From positions 330,832,001 to 330,896,000 of the forward strand of contig OZ024740.1 of the NCBI GenBank assembly GCA_964016885.1: a stretch of DNA of 64,000 bases, read 5' to 3'. Positions 24,547 to 38,619 of this stretch are shown here, one piece after another. The stretch comes from Eledone cirrhosa (taxonomy: Eukaryota). The notes beneath the pieces were generated by a model. It was not told the origin of the DNA. It did not search any database and worked only from the letters and a program-made list of their open reading frames with translations. The position numbers were made by a program, and so were the translations under genes. Numbering within the stretch: the stretch's first letter is position 1; each line of letters starts with the position of its first letter.

Positions 24547-24740
24547 CTGCCAAACTGTTTCACTAGCTCTGACAGTTTAGCAGGTGAACATTGAGCTGTA
24601 CTGATGAAGGGTGAAACATTAGTGCCTGCAGTTCTGTTCGCATGCTAACACAAGAGCAAGCATGAAGTATTCATTCTACTGACATGGCTATAAAATTGAG
24701 GCTTCTTTACGTAATTGCAAACGAATCGAATGTTATTATT

Positions 24741-24920
24741 TGGATTGGCAGTATCGGTAGAGCATCGGATGCCAAGCATAGAGTTACGGCCCTGGCCATT
24801 CTGAGTTCAAATCCTGCCGAGGTTAACTTTGCCTTTCATCCTTACGGGGTCAATAAAATAAAAGTACCAGTAATACACTGGAATAATTGCTGGCCTTGTG
24901 CCAAAAGTAGAAACAATTAT
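24741..24920 (+). mobile_element. tRNA-derived SINE inserted in the H1 element
   Basis: A/B boxes, body and tail; interrupts the H1 sequence gaatgttattatt/atattcgaaaaactcag. Confidence 0.85.
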
Positions 24921-25361
24921 TAATATTCGAAAAACTCAGATTATATTTATTGTATTCAGCCATGTAGGACGACATTTTCTTTTTTATTTGAATATGGCAA
25001 AGCCGGCCATTCATCGCTCGTTTACAGGAAACTGACTGACTAGTCTACTGATATGCAAATCTGGCTGATCAGTGGATCTGGTTATATGCAGATCCGACTG
25101 ATCAGCCAGTCTGCTAATATGCTAATCAGGCCGATCAGTCACTGTGTATTTTTGAAAATAGTATATATTTTCACTAGCTCTGACAGTTTGGCAGGTGAAC
25201 AGTGAGCTGTACTGAGCAAGGGAGATACCCAACACAAGAGCAAGAATTAAGTGTTCATTCTACTGACATGGCTATAACATTGAGACTTGTTTGCATAACT
25301 GCAAACGAATCGAATGTTATTATTTATATTCGAAAAACTCAGATTACATTTATTGAATTCA

Positions 25362-25397
<36 letters not shown>

Positions 25398-26232
25398 GAC
25401 ATCAACCAAAATTATATTGTCGTCTGCTTTGTTTGAAATTTGTTTATGTATATTTCTAATAAATTGTTGCCTCGTTTTGGAGGATTGAGTTGTGGAAGGA
25501 GGAAGAGAAGTCGTCGTGGGAAAGGTTTAACATACAATAATAGTATTTCCTCTCTCCCCCTCTCTCACTGAAACGTCTTCTCTTTCCTCCTACATTGTGA
25601 AGATGTCCCCAGGGGTGCAATTATTGATTATATTGAAATTGAATAACCAGTCCTGTTTCTGAATATTAGCTTAACATGTGTGTAAAGGATCATCAGGATC
25701 GGAGCACTGGTGTAGGCGCTAACTGGTTATACACAGATACACAGACAAACAGAAATTGCCATTTATATAGTATATATATTTCAGTTATGTTAGGATGTTT
25801 ACCAATGGGTTAAACCGGAACTTTTGGTTGATAAACAATGATTAAAAAAATTAATGAAATCACTGTACGTTATGCAAATCGTTGTTAATGGATGTGATAT
25901 CCAGTGGCTGATGGACAAACGGAATAAAGTATTCATTAAAACAACAGAAGTCCGGCTTGGAAATTTTACTTTAGAATTTTAATCCCGCGAAAGCACTACA
26001 CATATTTTGATGACCCAGCTATTTCATTCGACGTTCACGCAAGGTTATGCGATTTAATCAGGTGTTATTTCCAGAATTATGTAAGAGGATTATGTTGAAC
26101 CCAAACATAGAATAGTAAATAGGAGATAGAAAGAAAAATAGAGGATAGAAATTATATCCATATTTATGTGTGCGCATTTTTCCCATATAAATATACTTAT
26201 GTAATATAGCTTAACGGTCATTCTTTCATCAA

Positions 26233-26335
26233 ATAATTGTTTCTACAATAGGCACAAGGCCAGCAACTATCCCAGTGTATTACTGGTACTTTACTTTATC
26301 GACCCCCGTTAGGATGAAAGGCAAATCAACCTTGA
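26233..26335 (-). mobile_element. SINE, 5'-truncated
   Basis: Tail and 3' body match the other copies. Confidence 0.75.
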
Positions 26336-29317
26336 CATTAAATAATGAAATACAGAACGATATCGATTATAACATCAGCTATTCTGTGTGGGTTAAATAG
26401 ATATGAACAAACGAGGAGATTGAACAGTTTATTTTTCCTCTATCATTATGCGATGCTGGTCAAACTACATTTAGACCGTTAAGTGGATTTTAAGCCAAAT
26501 AATCAGATTAAAGTTTAGTATTTTGAGGCATCAGTTGCTGAAATAAGTATATATAGTTGCAGCGTATATTATCTGCGTGCATATTGAAAGACTTGTATTA
26601 ACTCAAAAATGATGGAAAGGCGCCATAGCTATGATACATAAATTCTTCGAGTTTTAGTTTACCGTCATTCTGCGAAATTCACATTTATTCTGAATGTCGT
26701 TCTTATTTTGAAATACAATCTAGTATAAATTCACGATTATAGTTTAGCAGTAGCTATTAATAACAACGAAATAGAAGCCAAACCCGTATTGAATTGGATA
26801 ATAAAACATTCATATGATTTAATGCCCAAATATCTTGTGAGGAATGACAAAATAGCTTTAATACATGTCATCAAAAGAGACAAAATATGATTAGAAAAAC
26901 CTTCCCGCAACACGTTTCATTTGATCTCATGTTCGTGCATTTTCCGTGAGCTGATAACGTTCACGAGCTCGCTAAAGTAATTATCCATTTCTTTTTGCCG
27001 AATGTCGCAATGGTCCCAAATATTGTCGACATTTATAAAGGCATTAACATTTGTTTCACAGATATATGTTGATTGAAAGGGGAAACGCTATGTGTTCAAT
27101 ATTTGTAGGTAATTCTTTAAATTTGGCAACAACAGAGGAATCTAACAGAATGAATGGATGTTTTCAAGCACTCACTTTCACACCATGCTTTTCACTTATC
27201 TGTATGTAACGCCGTTCCTGAACGAACCTTACGATAACACATCTATGATGGGAGATATGCATCACATCTGCTAACCGGAATGACTGGATCACAAACTCAT
27301 CTATCTATTAGTTAAATCTTCCAAAGTAAATATTATAGAGTAAACATTATAGAGTACTCGATACTTATGGTAGAAGAGTATGGCTATATTATAATATAGC
27401 TCTACTCTACAACCTAAGTATCGACCATGAACTTTACACCTAGAAATTTCCCCTCCAAGACACATGTCCTGGAAATATATTTCTGTGGTGATCAGCATTC
27501 ACCCATGAAAAACAGTCTCCGCTCGCTACACCACCGAGATTGTCCAAGAGAAAGGCAATGGCCGATAGTCCAGATCACCAGTGGCGTGACAACAGATTTC
27601 GGGGCTACGTGGACTGGAGTGACATTCATTGAAGTGTCAAAGACAGAACGCATCACATAGTTTTGGAATCAAACTTACATTCATACATACATGTATGTAT
27701 GTATGTATGAATGAATATAGTTTATATATGGAGAACATTTCTCTATTTTGGCATAATGTATTGTAAACATGATTATACTGTAATACATTACATTTTAGTA
27801 GTTGGTATTGCGTCTTTGCATTAGCTTTTTCCTGTTTGATTGGAGCAATAATGTTATGACCTTTATCATCAGCGTTTCTAGAATTTCACAGTGTTATCAG
27901 CAGGCTGCAGAGTACTTTGGCACTGTCTATGTAACTGAACGTGATACGTGCAAACTTTATCTTCAGAATTCGTGAAGGACTCATCGCTCGAGTATATTCC
28001 ACTTTGTATTGACGTAATAATATTTTAATAATATTTCTATGTTTCTGGAGAATTCTAAACAAGATGGCATATTTTCGACATATATTTTTGTAGCTATATT
28101 TCATGCTATGTGTTATATTGCGTTGCTGTTTTACTAGATTTATGTACAGAGTGAGCGCTGTACTACTATGACTAATGTAATAGCTGAAGTCATGATGTTT
28201 TCAAATATCATTTTTGCAATCAATTTCTTGAATCCATTCGCCTCTTTTCCCGGATTTTATCCTAGTTGATTAAATTGACGGGAAGCATATTATTTTAGTG
28301 TTTTAATGTGCTAATTTAGTCATTAGTGTGAGATATATTGTCACACGTTTTAGGATATTTTCGGTGACGTATTCTGCCTCTTCTATAGGTACTGCTTATG
28401 TCATTCATATTGTTCAATTTACGGGCGATATGTGTATCTAATATGTTGCGTTGCGTATATTCTACCATGGCTTCGGTAGAATAGCCAATTTCTTCTGACA
28501 TTCCATAAAATGCAGTGAGTAACAAAATAAACAAATTCGTTATTGACAATTGGTCTCAATTGCTAAACAGTCCCCCTTAAAGAGAGCAATGAACATATTA
28601 TTCACGTAGAAGATGCTCTAAAATGGCAGTCCCTACGTAACGTAAGAGACGCAACACGCTCTAACACTGCATTCAACAAAATCTCATTTTCCCTATCCAA
28701 TCCTTGATGCTACTCAACGAATCATGGTCTATATTCTTAATATATGATCTCATTTTATATACTTTTGCCAGAACATTTTTACTATGACGTTAGATGCGCA
28801 ACTAAGTGTATTCTTCTTCAAGTCCACAGCGTGGCACTTTGCTGAAAAATCTATTAAATTGCTTCGGCTTGAGCAAATACCTGTGAGTGACAGTTTGGAC
28901 GAGGGATACTTTGTGGGATATTTTTGTTCTGGAATTGTAAACATATTGCGTTATCTGCTGGAACACCAACATCTCATATTTCGGTCTCTTTAAAGGAGGT
29001 TACTCACGGGCAAGGTTTTGGATCAATGGTGTGGTATCGAATTTCCCCATTCTTTACAAAAACTCGATAGACACAACTGGAGAAAAGGAAATTAACGCTG
29101 CGTTTCTTTTTTCAAATTAAGTAGTTAAGATATCCATGTGCAACTTGATAGTTGAAACAGAAATCAGAATGTTAAATACCCATTCATGCAAGCAGTTCTT
29201 TAAACTGAGAAACCTGTAGAGATTGAGATTGACGAAGGTTACACAAGTATATTATTTCATAGATACACAAAAATAGTAGCTAATTTAAGGTTAAGTGGAC
29301 ATTATTTCTATCCAAAT

Positions 29318-29505
29318 GGTGGTGGATTGGCAGTATCGGTAGAGAGTTGGACGCCATGCTTTGACGCATAGAGTTATGGCCCTTGCCATTCTGAGTTCAA
29401 ATCCCGCTGAGGTTAACTTTGCCTTTCATGCTTACGGGGTCGATAAAATAAAGTACCAGTAATGCACTGGATAATTGCTGGCGTTGTGCTAAAAGTAGAA
29501 ACAAT
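29318..29505 (+). mobile_element. tRNA-derived SINE, full-length
   Basis: A box tggcagtatcgg, B box gagttcaaatcc; attatttctat occurs on both flanks (possible TSD). Confidence 0.88.
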
Positions 29506-30204
29506 TATTTCTATTCGTGTGAGATAAATCGTATGCAACTCTGGATTATCATTTACCTGGTATTACTGGTTTCAAACAATTTTAGAAATCTGCTTGAAGT
29601 CAATAAGGAATAAAAATACCTTCTTCAAAGGAGACATTTACAAGGAAATATATATTATAAAAATTTCCTGGTGAATATATTCTCTTAAAGAATTTATTAA
29701 TTCAATTTAACAAAATAATATTAATTTGACGGAAATAACTGAATGTAAATGAAACATACATATAATATCAGATAATCAAGACAAACAAATCATTTTAACA
29801 GGGAAAGAAGATGAAAATGTTCCGAATTCACTAAAAATATTTGTTCACAGGAATTCCCAATTAAAAGTTGATTATAAACATTAATACATTTTGATCACTG
29901 TTGATTATAAACGTGTATTAGTATTAATCCTCTATATTATATTGATTTGCTATATTGAGTCAATTGAAACGAATAAATAAGAAGTTGTAGATTAAGACTT
30001 TGTATGAGAGAATTACACTTTTGTAATGTAACTTCCGAAATGAATGATCTTGCATAATTTGGTACCATAATTTATCAATCGAAAACTTTTTCATGATTTA
30101 TTGTTTGTAATGTTTTTCACTGGTTTTCGTGACCATATAATACAATGCACACCGTAACGATATCCCCCGCATCGCACACATCCAAACAGCCTCTAACATT
30201 ACTA

Positions 30205-30420
30205 TTTCTTCTTCTTCTTCTTCTTCTTCTTTTGTGGACCTCCATTCACATGTAGATTGCACTGCCAAACAAAGCATCCTTGGGAGGACGAGTCTCTCGG
30301 TTTTCGCAGCACAAATGTCCATTTCAATCATGCAGCACTCGGCATCAAACCTATCATGTACATGTGTAAGATCGAATTCTGTCGAGTTAAGTAATAGCAT
30401 GTCATCTGCTAATTCCAGCT
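30205..30420 (-). mobile_element. 3' end of a decayed RTE-like LINE with (GAA)n tail
   Basis: ...EWRSTK reading into gaagaagaagaa. Confidence 0.4.
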
Positions 30421-30429
30421 AACTGCTTT

Positions 30430-30770
30430 TACACCTACCAATCAAACAGGAATCCTCATTCAGATCCTTGCTTGATGAGGTCTCTGCAGCATTAGATTAG
30501 TTAAGTCTGAGTCATGTATCCTGATGGGAGACTTCAATGCACATGTTGGCACTGATTACATATAATGGAAAAGAGTATTTGGAAGGAACGGCAATACCGA
30601 TCTAAATACGAATAGAGAGGCCTTATTAGACTTCTGTTCTAGCAATGGACTCTCTATTATTAACACTTTCCGGCACAGAGACATCAATATACATTCATTG
30701 TCTGAGGGGAATCAGGGACAGAGATGAATCATTGAATTTGTTATTTTCTCTGATCTCTTCGATTCCGGTG
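30430..30770 (+). pseudogene. APE endonuclease fragment of a decayed LINE
   Basis: ctgatgggagacttcaatgcacatgttggc = LMGDFNAHVG, then WKRVFGRNG; homologous to 52370-52640. Confidence 0.7.
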
Positions 30771-32228
30771 TGCATGGCCGTGCCCAGACATGCCGGATGA
30801 CGACGGGAACGAACGGCCGGAATTGGGCGGGACAGATGAGGGGATTATTTTGGAGCTTTTTGCAATATATTATATTCATGGAAATAATGTGAACAAAATG
30901 ATGGCAATCACTATAAATGATTGCATAGATTGAATCCATGTTTTCTTATCTAGCAACGTTACATTATATCTATTGTATAATTTAAAAACAACGTACATTA
31001 GACGGAATATTTTTGGAATTAAATCTAAATACAATTTCCCATTTCGATAATTATCTTGGAAATGGATAAATATTTATTCAGATGGTATTGTCAAAATCCG
31101 TAGTAGCATGCGTGTCAATATGGAATCTTTCATAATTATATGTTTCAAAAGAGTTATTGAAAGAAGGAAAACGTTTGCGCGCACATAGGCCATTCCTATA
31201 TAATTAAATGACCGTTTTTCTCTTTTTGTTTGATTTAATGTCAGTTATTTCTAGTGCAGAATTAAAACCGTATTTATTTTCATCTACTCATATCACAAGC
31301 AAGGTAATATAGCCACTAAAATGTATGGTGTTACTGAGAAGGGAAATACACAAGAATGAGTGTACATAATTCAAGGAGAAAGATGACAAACGTAGCGTTT
31401 CAAATTTTGCAGATCAAACCTGGAATTGAATTCTGTAGACGTTATGTGTATGAGAATACAGTATCCAAATAGTTTTTGCAATTGAGAAAACTCAGCTGTT
31501 AATGGATGAGACGTAGCCGCAAAGCTGTTGCTCTTTTTATACTCGTTAGAACATGGCAACAAAAGGAGTCGCTCCTCAGAACAATTCCCATATAGGAAAC
31601 ACACAGAAAGGGAACATTTCTACGGTGTGATTAGTGATTAAAGCTGACATAGGTCAGAACTGATCATTTTAATGATTCTTTTTCATGTCTTATCGAGATT
31701 CTGAAAGTGCAGGGTATGTGCACCTTGCTAAATTTGGCAATATTACTCAAATGGAGGACAACTGGTATATTTATAAAGATAGAGGATATTTTCATGCGTG
31801 TTAATCTTTCTAACGGACAGGGCAAACCAACTTTCTGGGCAACAGATTTCGCAATTGTAATGACATAACACTGCAGCTCACATCAGTAGAAAATGTCAGA
31901 GAAAATAATCAGGCATAATAATGGGTGATATATTTGGTTCACTATGGTAATAAAAATATAGCAGTATAGTTTTAGATGTATTAACATCATCAAGATATTG
32001 CTTGCTCCATTCAACAACAGATCGAATGTCATATTCAGTATCTGCTCCCAAATCAACTTTATCAAATATATGGGATTTACCATTCATGTAAGAATAAAGA
32101 GTTTTCATACATATTTTGTAAATTATACGCTACATTCGCTGTGGACACGATCACACAAAATGCATTAAGGAAAGCTTATGATGTCGATATTGTAAAGACC
32201 TATATAATATCAGATGAATTATCATAAT

Positions 32229-32416
32229 TGTTTCTACTTTTGGCACAAGGCCAGCAATTTTCCCAGTGCATTACTGGTACTTTATTTTATCGACCCCGTA
32301 AGGATGAAAGGCAAAGTTAACCTAGGCGGGATTTGAACTCAGAATGGCTAGGGCCGTAACTCTATGCATCAAAGCATGGCGTCCAACCCTCTACCGATAC
32401 TGCCAATTCACCGCCC
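32229..32416 (-). mobile_element. tRNA-derived SINE, full-length, with 19-bp TSD
   Basis: tcagatgaattatcataat at 32210-32228 and 32417-32435. Confidence 0.92.
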
Positions 32417-35400
32417 TCAGATGAATTATCATAATGGTACTTTGACAGTGCCCTACTTTCCAATAGAGAGCCAGTCAACTACCGGATTACCCCTACTACC
32501 AAGGACCAGTACGCTAATCTAGATGGTTTTCCGGCCTTGTGTATCTCAGCAGATTATAACTTTCAATTGAACTACAGACCTCTGACTATCCAGCCGTACA
32601 GAATTGTACTGCAGAAAGATGTTGTATGAATTATGTACTTTGAATGCATATTGATTTAATTAACTACTTCAACGGCGTTTCTTCACAATGAAAGATAGTC
32701 GACCAAGTCGGGCAAAGAAGCCTTCAAAGACGTAGAAATCTAGATACAGGCGACTTGATATATGTTTGCTGCTCACTCGTCATAAAAAAGCATTAATTTT
32801 ACAGCTCCTTTGCTTTTCAGTTGCTAAAATTGACAAATCGCATTTTCCTTTTAAAGAAAGTAGAATTATATGAAATAAAGTAATGCGGTTTTGAAGTCAG
32901 ATTTCAAATGCAACTAACATGGAAGCAATTATAAATATTACAGACATGTGAAATAGAATATGTAAAGAATTCGAAAGCCAAGACCAGGAAATGACGATAT
33001 TTTTCGCCATTCAATACTATGTAATGAGTTTCGTTAGTATAACTACCATCGTTTCATGTACATTATAAAGGCATATGTGTGTGTGCGTATGTGTATAAAT
33101 TGTAGATAAATTGAGCAAGTGGAGAGGAAATACTTGTGGAATAACAATAATTATAGAAAATTTAGTAATATCGACATGAAACACATCTATCTATCTTTGT
33201 GGTATGGTTTGGTGAATATAATTCCCGAAGCTGAGGAAAGGTTATACCGGAAGAGGTGAAACCAATCTTTCATAAATTGCATTAGATATACCGTGGAATT
33301 AATAAACTGGAAACATAGCAAATGCTAGCTACATCAAATAGAATATACGAAAACTGTTATATATTCTAAGATTGTTATATCGAATCGAGACGTTACGTTT
33401 TAGTGAAAGCAATAAAATAACTGTATTAATTTTGAAACTGAAATAAGCGATTGATGTCAGGAAGGTTGGAAGTAGAATATATAAGCTGTTGGAATTCTAT
33501 TGGAAATTTGCGGAAGATCCCATATTTGTGAATATCACCGGACAAAATACTGACATTTCAATATATAGATATACAAGGTCTATTTGCTATAGACTAACCG
33601 ACAATTTAAAACTATTTTATATACATTGAGAAATATTGATTTATGTATGGTGTAATGTATGGTTTATTAACATAAGATCATAGATTAAACTCGAAGAATA
33701 CCAAATCTGCAAAGTATTATTGCGCAAGATGAAATAAAATATATGGACCTGGTAGCACGACACAAATGCAGTTTGTATAGCAGTATCTCAAAATACAGCA
33801 TGAACGCTGTCTAGCAGATTCAATTAGCAGTTATCCCTCACTACTCAAGCTGGAATCTTTTAGAGGGCATTAGCGGTCAGCTTTTCAATATTCATAGCTA
33901 GAAGACTTACCAATCGTGCTTACATTTGTACATCTACCACACACACAATGTATATCTGCTCTTTTACATCATTTGAATCCTGATCATCTATTGTAGTCCC
34001 TGCTCACCTTTTCGAGATATTGCACAAGTTCAGTTATTACTTATGAATACTGTTGAGTTGGCTAAGTTTACCATCATATATTTCACGTTTAGATTTTTCT
34101 TCCTTGCCTGAAATGTCTCCTCGAATACTTCTAGGGATACTGTTATAATGATTGTAATGGTAATGGTGAGTTACCTTTCTGTTAGTTCTCCTGTGAATAT
34201 ATACAGTCCATCGAAGTTATGCTCATGTTTGAAAATTCAATGCATAATTCATCTTATATTTTATCATGGCGACATATATCATTCAATTTTGCAACGATTT
34301 TCTTGTAGGCCTCAATCCTTATTTTTTCTGTATAGACATCACAATATATCCTCTTCTGTTTCGATATCTTTTCTGGTTTTCAAACAAAAATATATTAGAC
34401 ATTTAAAACAGAAAATTGAAATATCCGTTAGAAAAAAGTGTGATACGAGAGAAAGGATAATCGCAAATAAATGAAAAACACATCAACAATTTCAACTTAT
34501 ATACACTCAGCACAGAAAGCAGGAAAACACGGCTCATAATTTCAAATGGTCTCTCATTTGTAGGTTCTTCTGATTATGTTAGCATTTCCCCCTCCGTTTC
34601 TATTTCTATTTATTTATTATTATTTTTAAACTGGGTTTGAATTTATTTATCGTTCGCACACTTCAATTTTTCTCTCTATTTATATATATATAAATAGGAT
34701 TAATACGTCATCCTAATTATACTGATTTCATTGAGCTAAACTTTGTTCTTGTCAAAATAAATCAATGTAGAAAATGCAACGCAGTTGATAGAAATTCCGT
34801 TCGTCTATGTCGTTAATGCTTCTGTGGAGATATATAAACGTCATATTTGCTGCTATTTACCTTTTATTAGAATCTGTTTGTACTAAAAAAAGACTAGCAC
34901 AGGAATAAATTAGTTTAGTAATCCTTCCTAGTCTCAAGTAATTAAAAGCTGGTGGTAAAGACTTCGAAATGCTATCACAATATGTAGGTGATTCATTTTA
35001 TGTACGGTGTATTTGTTTATTATATCGTCTTCCAATTGTTCGTCTGATATGATGCTGGCGTATTAAACGTGGCTGCAATGTTTTTCTCTCAAGGTTAATA
35101 GTTATATATGTTTGCGAACTTCAAGTGTTTCCTATCTTATTTAATGTAAATAAATCCCTGTCTGTAGGGTTGCAACTTATGTCCAAATTCAGGAATAAGT
35201 GGCTTGATACTGTTCGGTAGCTCACCTTTATTCGTTTTTGGAGCAGCACATCTCTAAATATTTTTGTGTGGGAACATATAGAAGAACATATAAGATAGAT
35301 GGTCTAGATGATACGATAATCTTAAGGATTTCTTTCATGGTGCATTTACTACTTCACTCATTTATTTTCTAGTCAGAATAAGAGCGTCAAATTTGGTATA

Positions 35401-37172
35401 TGTTAATAGTTCTATGGAGCGTTGTCTAACTAAATCTCCTTTTCACAGAAATTTTACACTCTACGTATAGAGTTATTATTGTAACACTTTGAAAACCAAA
35501 GGAATTTATGAAGTTTGCCTATATTTTAAGTATACATACATGACAAGGCAATTATTTAGAAGACTCCTCTGCCTTTAAACTTGCGAACAAACGTGCTGAA
35601 ATATTTACACGGACTAAAGAACAATAGATTGAAAGTATTGAAATTAATTTACAAATATCGTAGCGATAATTAAATATTTTGCAATAATTCGAAACTGAAA
35701 CCATACTTTTCGTTGCAAAATAAAATAATTTGTTTATATTACATCGACGCGGACAATATACATTCTACTAAACGGTAGACATGTCAGGGGATTTTTAAAT
35801 TACGAATATTTCCTTCCTCTACATTACATTTTCGTTTTGATTCTAGTAAAATAGACGTCAATATGCGTATACGTATGAAATTCATTGAGAAAACATATTG
35901 ATTTTTGTGTTAAAATAGAAATAAAATATAGAAAATCTTATTTATTGCTGCCAGGGGAACTTATTCTTCAATAAATGAAATTGAATTCATAATTATAAAC
36001 TTCACAAAAAATATATATCAAAAATATATGTACAGTCTCGGGCATAAATACTCTGAGGTAAATATTGAAATACTTTTATGAAAAAATAACTGATTCTTAG
36101 CAGAGCTGAAAATCAGAATAAAAAGATAAAAATACGTTATTATGATAACGTTTATTTATTGATGGCGATCTTTATTGATGGTGAATATATTTGCTTCCTT
36201 CCTGCAACATATAATTTTGGATAAATTGCAGTGAGTTTTGTGGAGCAATATTACATTTTCTGCAACGAAATACTACGAGTGTATCACATCATCACCGGTT
36301 CAAAGTATTCCTATTCATTAATGTTAGAAATATAAGTTGACAAGAAATATATATACATGAAAAACGAAAGACCAAAATATATATTATATATATATATATA
36401 TATAACCTAAGGTTAAACAAGGTTCATTGATTAATCAATGATTATAGTTTTACAATAGATTATAAGCACTCAACAATGAAAGTTTTCTGGAGTTATTAAT
36501 ATTAATTTAAAATATTAATAAATATAGACATTCATGTGATCAAATATATTTTATTATATATATTTCTGACGTACTGTGCAGTTTCCTCAGTACGTCCTCA
36601 TCAGATAAAATAAATTGATGCCTGACATACCTCACCTGTACTGATGGTTCAATTCCAGTCTTGGCAGTGATTAGTTATGACAAAACTCAATATTTATATA
36701 CCATAAGCAGTAACATGACAAACTACATATAATTGAGAGGGTACTATATTTGTAAGAACCATTGTTATTTAATATTTTGTATTTTGAATTTTATAACTTA
36801 ATTATTGAATGTATTTACTAATTTAAATTTGCCCCAGATTATCTTTGAAAATATGTCATATTATCTGATATCACTTTATATTGTTTTAATTTTGATATAA
36901 TATAATAGTATAATTTCTTTCAAATATTATAGAATAAAAATTTCACGGTATTTAATTGATCGTTTCTACCTAACATAATATTTGTAAAAAAAAAAGCGGT
37001 CACGCACCATATATCTCTAATCTCCTTATGTAATTATTTTATACCATGTATAACTCCCTTTCTTCGTTTTGATCTTCATCTCTCTATCTTTACCTTTCTC
37101 CTCTATTTAGCTCTCTCTCTCATTTGATATTTACCTAATATTCCTACTCGCCTGTTGATTCTTTGGACTTAC

Positions 37173-37215
<43 letters not shown>

Positions 37216-37329
37216 GAGAGAGAGAGAATAAGGAAAAGCGAACCTTATTTGATATTTACTCCGTCACTCCTATGTTGAATAAGTATGTTGAGTGCTGGAA
37301 TTGAATTGCATCAATGTTTACCCTAAGTA

Positions 37330-38332
37330 TATATCATGTAGCTGTATGTCGAGGAAAAGAAGCTATATCATTTGTCTATTATTTATTCATAAGTATATTT
37401 TAAACTTATAGGCTCCTTTAAATGATTTTTTGTATGGTTGATTTATACTGATTTGGAGAGGAAACACGATATATTTTATCTATTGATTCTTTGGACTTAC
37501 TTTTTTATATATTGCTCTGATTATTAATTATTTGATTAATTCTTCATTTAGCGACACCGTGCATGGTTGCCAAAAACATATATATGTATCTATGACTTTG
37601 TCTAATTTATATATATATAAATACCCTTTAAAATAATACATACTCCAGTAAGTTTGACTAAATCTTTAGGCAGTATTCGACTGCGCTTTCTAGCAACCAG
37701 CCTACTTGCCGAAGGCACCAATCACAACTTTCAGCCATGATCACTGGCCACGTGACGGTTCTTAGCCATTTTGAATTCATTTCTGGCGGGAATCATGGAA
37801 AGAAAAATCTTAGTCCAGTTGAGGTATCACCTGATGATATCTGAGACTCGTGGATTTATCCAAGACCGGGTATATTAAAAAAATGGAACGAAACCGCCAG
37901 GTGGTAGAGATTATGAAGATTCTGGTGAGATTTATGTACATTTTTTTCTTCTAACTTAGATTTTTGTACCTAATTACGTGTAGTTAACTATATGTCTAGT
38001 CAATTTCTACAGGCTAAAAGGAATGTTAGGTAAATATCATATAGCTGTATGGCGCGGAAGCGAAGCTATATCATTTCTCTATTATTTCTTCATAAGTACA
38101 TTTTAAACTTATAGCCTCGTTTAAATGATTTTTTGTATGGTTGGTTTATACTGATTGGGAGAGGAAACACTATATATTTTATCTATTGATTCTTTGGACT
38201 TACTTTTTTTTATATATTGCTCTGATTATTAATTATTTAATTAATTCTTCATTGAGCCACACCGTGAATGGTTACCAAAAACATATACATGTATCTATGA
38301 CTTTGTCTAATTCATATATATACCCTTTAAAT
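37330..38332 (+). mobile_element. Non-coding PLE-like element family H2 (partial tandem, ~700-nt period)
   Basis: 37330-37630 is repeated at 38033-38332; homologous to 55752-56872; (TA)n nearby on both sides. Confidence 0.7.
37826..37911 (+). ncRNA. Degenerate type I hammerhead motif (H2) with ~52-nt stem II region
   Basis: atcac CTGATGA ... GAAA ccgccaggtg GTA gagat; positional homologue of 56531-56606. Confidence 0.5.
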
Positions 38333-38333
38333 G

Positions 38334-38447
<114 letters not shown>

Positions 38448-38619
38448 ATATATATAAATGAAAATATAGAAATTATTGTGAGCGTGAAGCCAACAGTATT
38501 TCATAACATATAAGTGACTATAATTTCAAAATGGAAAATAATTAACGTAAGATGTGGGAAAATAATACAAACTCAATTGATTTGCAGGATCATTGATATG
38601 AGATCATGTGTTGAAACAA

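Larger units (their letters stand above)
24361..25364 (+). mobile_element. Non-coding PLE-like/retrozyme-like element family H1 (inverted 5' arm plus tandem units) in (TA)n
   Basis: 24361-24560 is the reverse complement of 24572-24740 plus 24921-24950; second unit at 25170-25364; another copy at 55198-55690. Confidence 0.75.
23519..25770 (+). mobile_element. Possible DINE/Helentron-associated non-autonomous element, interrupted by 24335-25392
   Basis: Starts actagcagcagtgccc...cccggg; ends ...catcaggatcggagcactggtgtaggcgct...acacagacaaacagaaattgccatttatatag, a DINE-like end recognised from recall. Confidence 0.4.

Noticed and set aside
25030-25145. CRISPR-like array
   Set aside because: Contiguous degenerate tandem repeats with no unique spacers, eukaryotic context and no cas genes
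27300-29000. Short ORFs as possible host exons
   Set aside because: No recognisable motifs or consistent splice and frame pattern; small exons cannot be excluded without RNA data
29318-29410. tRNA gene
   Set aside because: The A/B boxes belong to a multi-copy SINE head; no cloverleaf or poly-T terminator
33700-34480. Possible exon or LINE remnant on the minus strand
   Set aside because: Stops in all frames I read and no diagnostic motif
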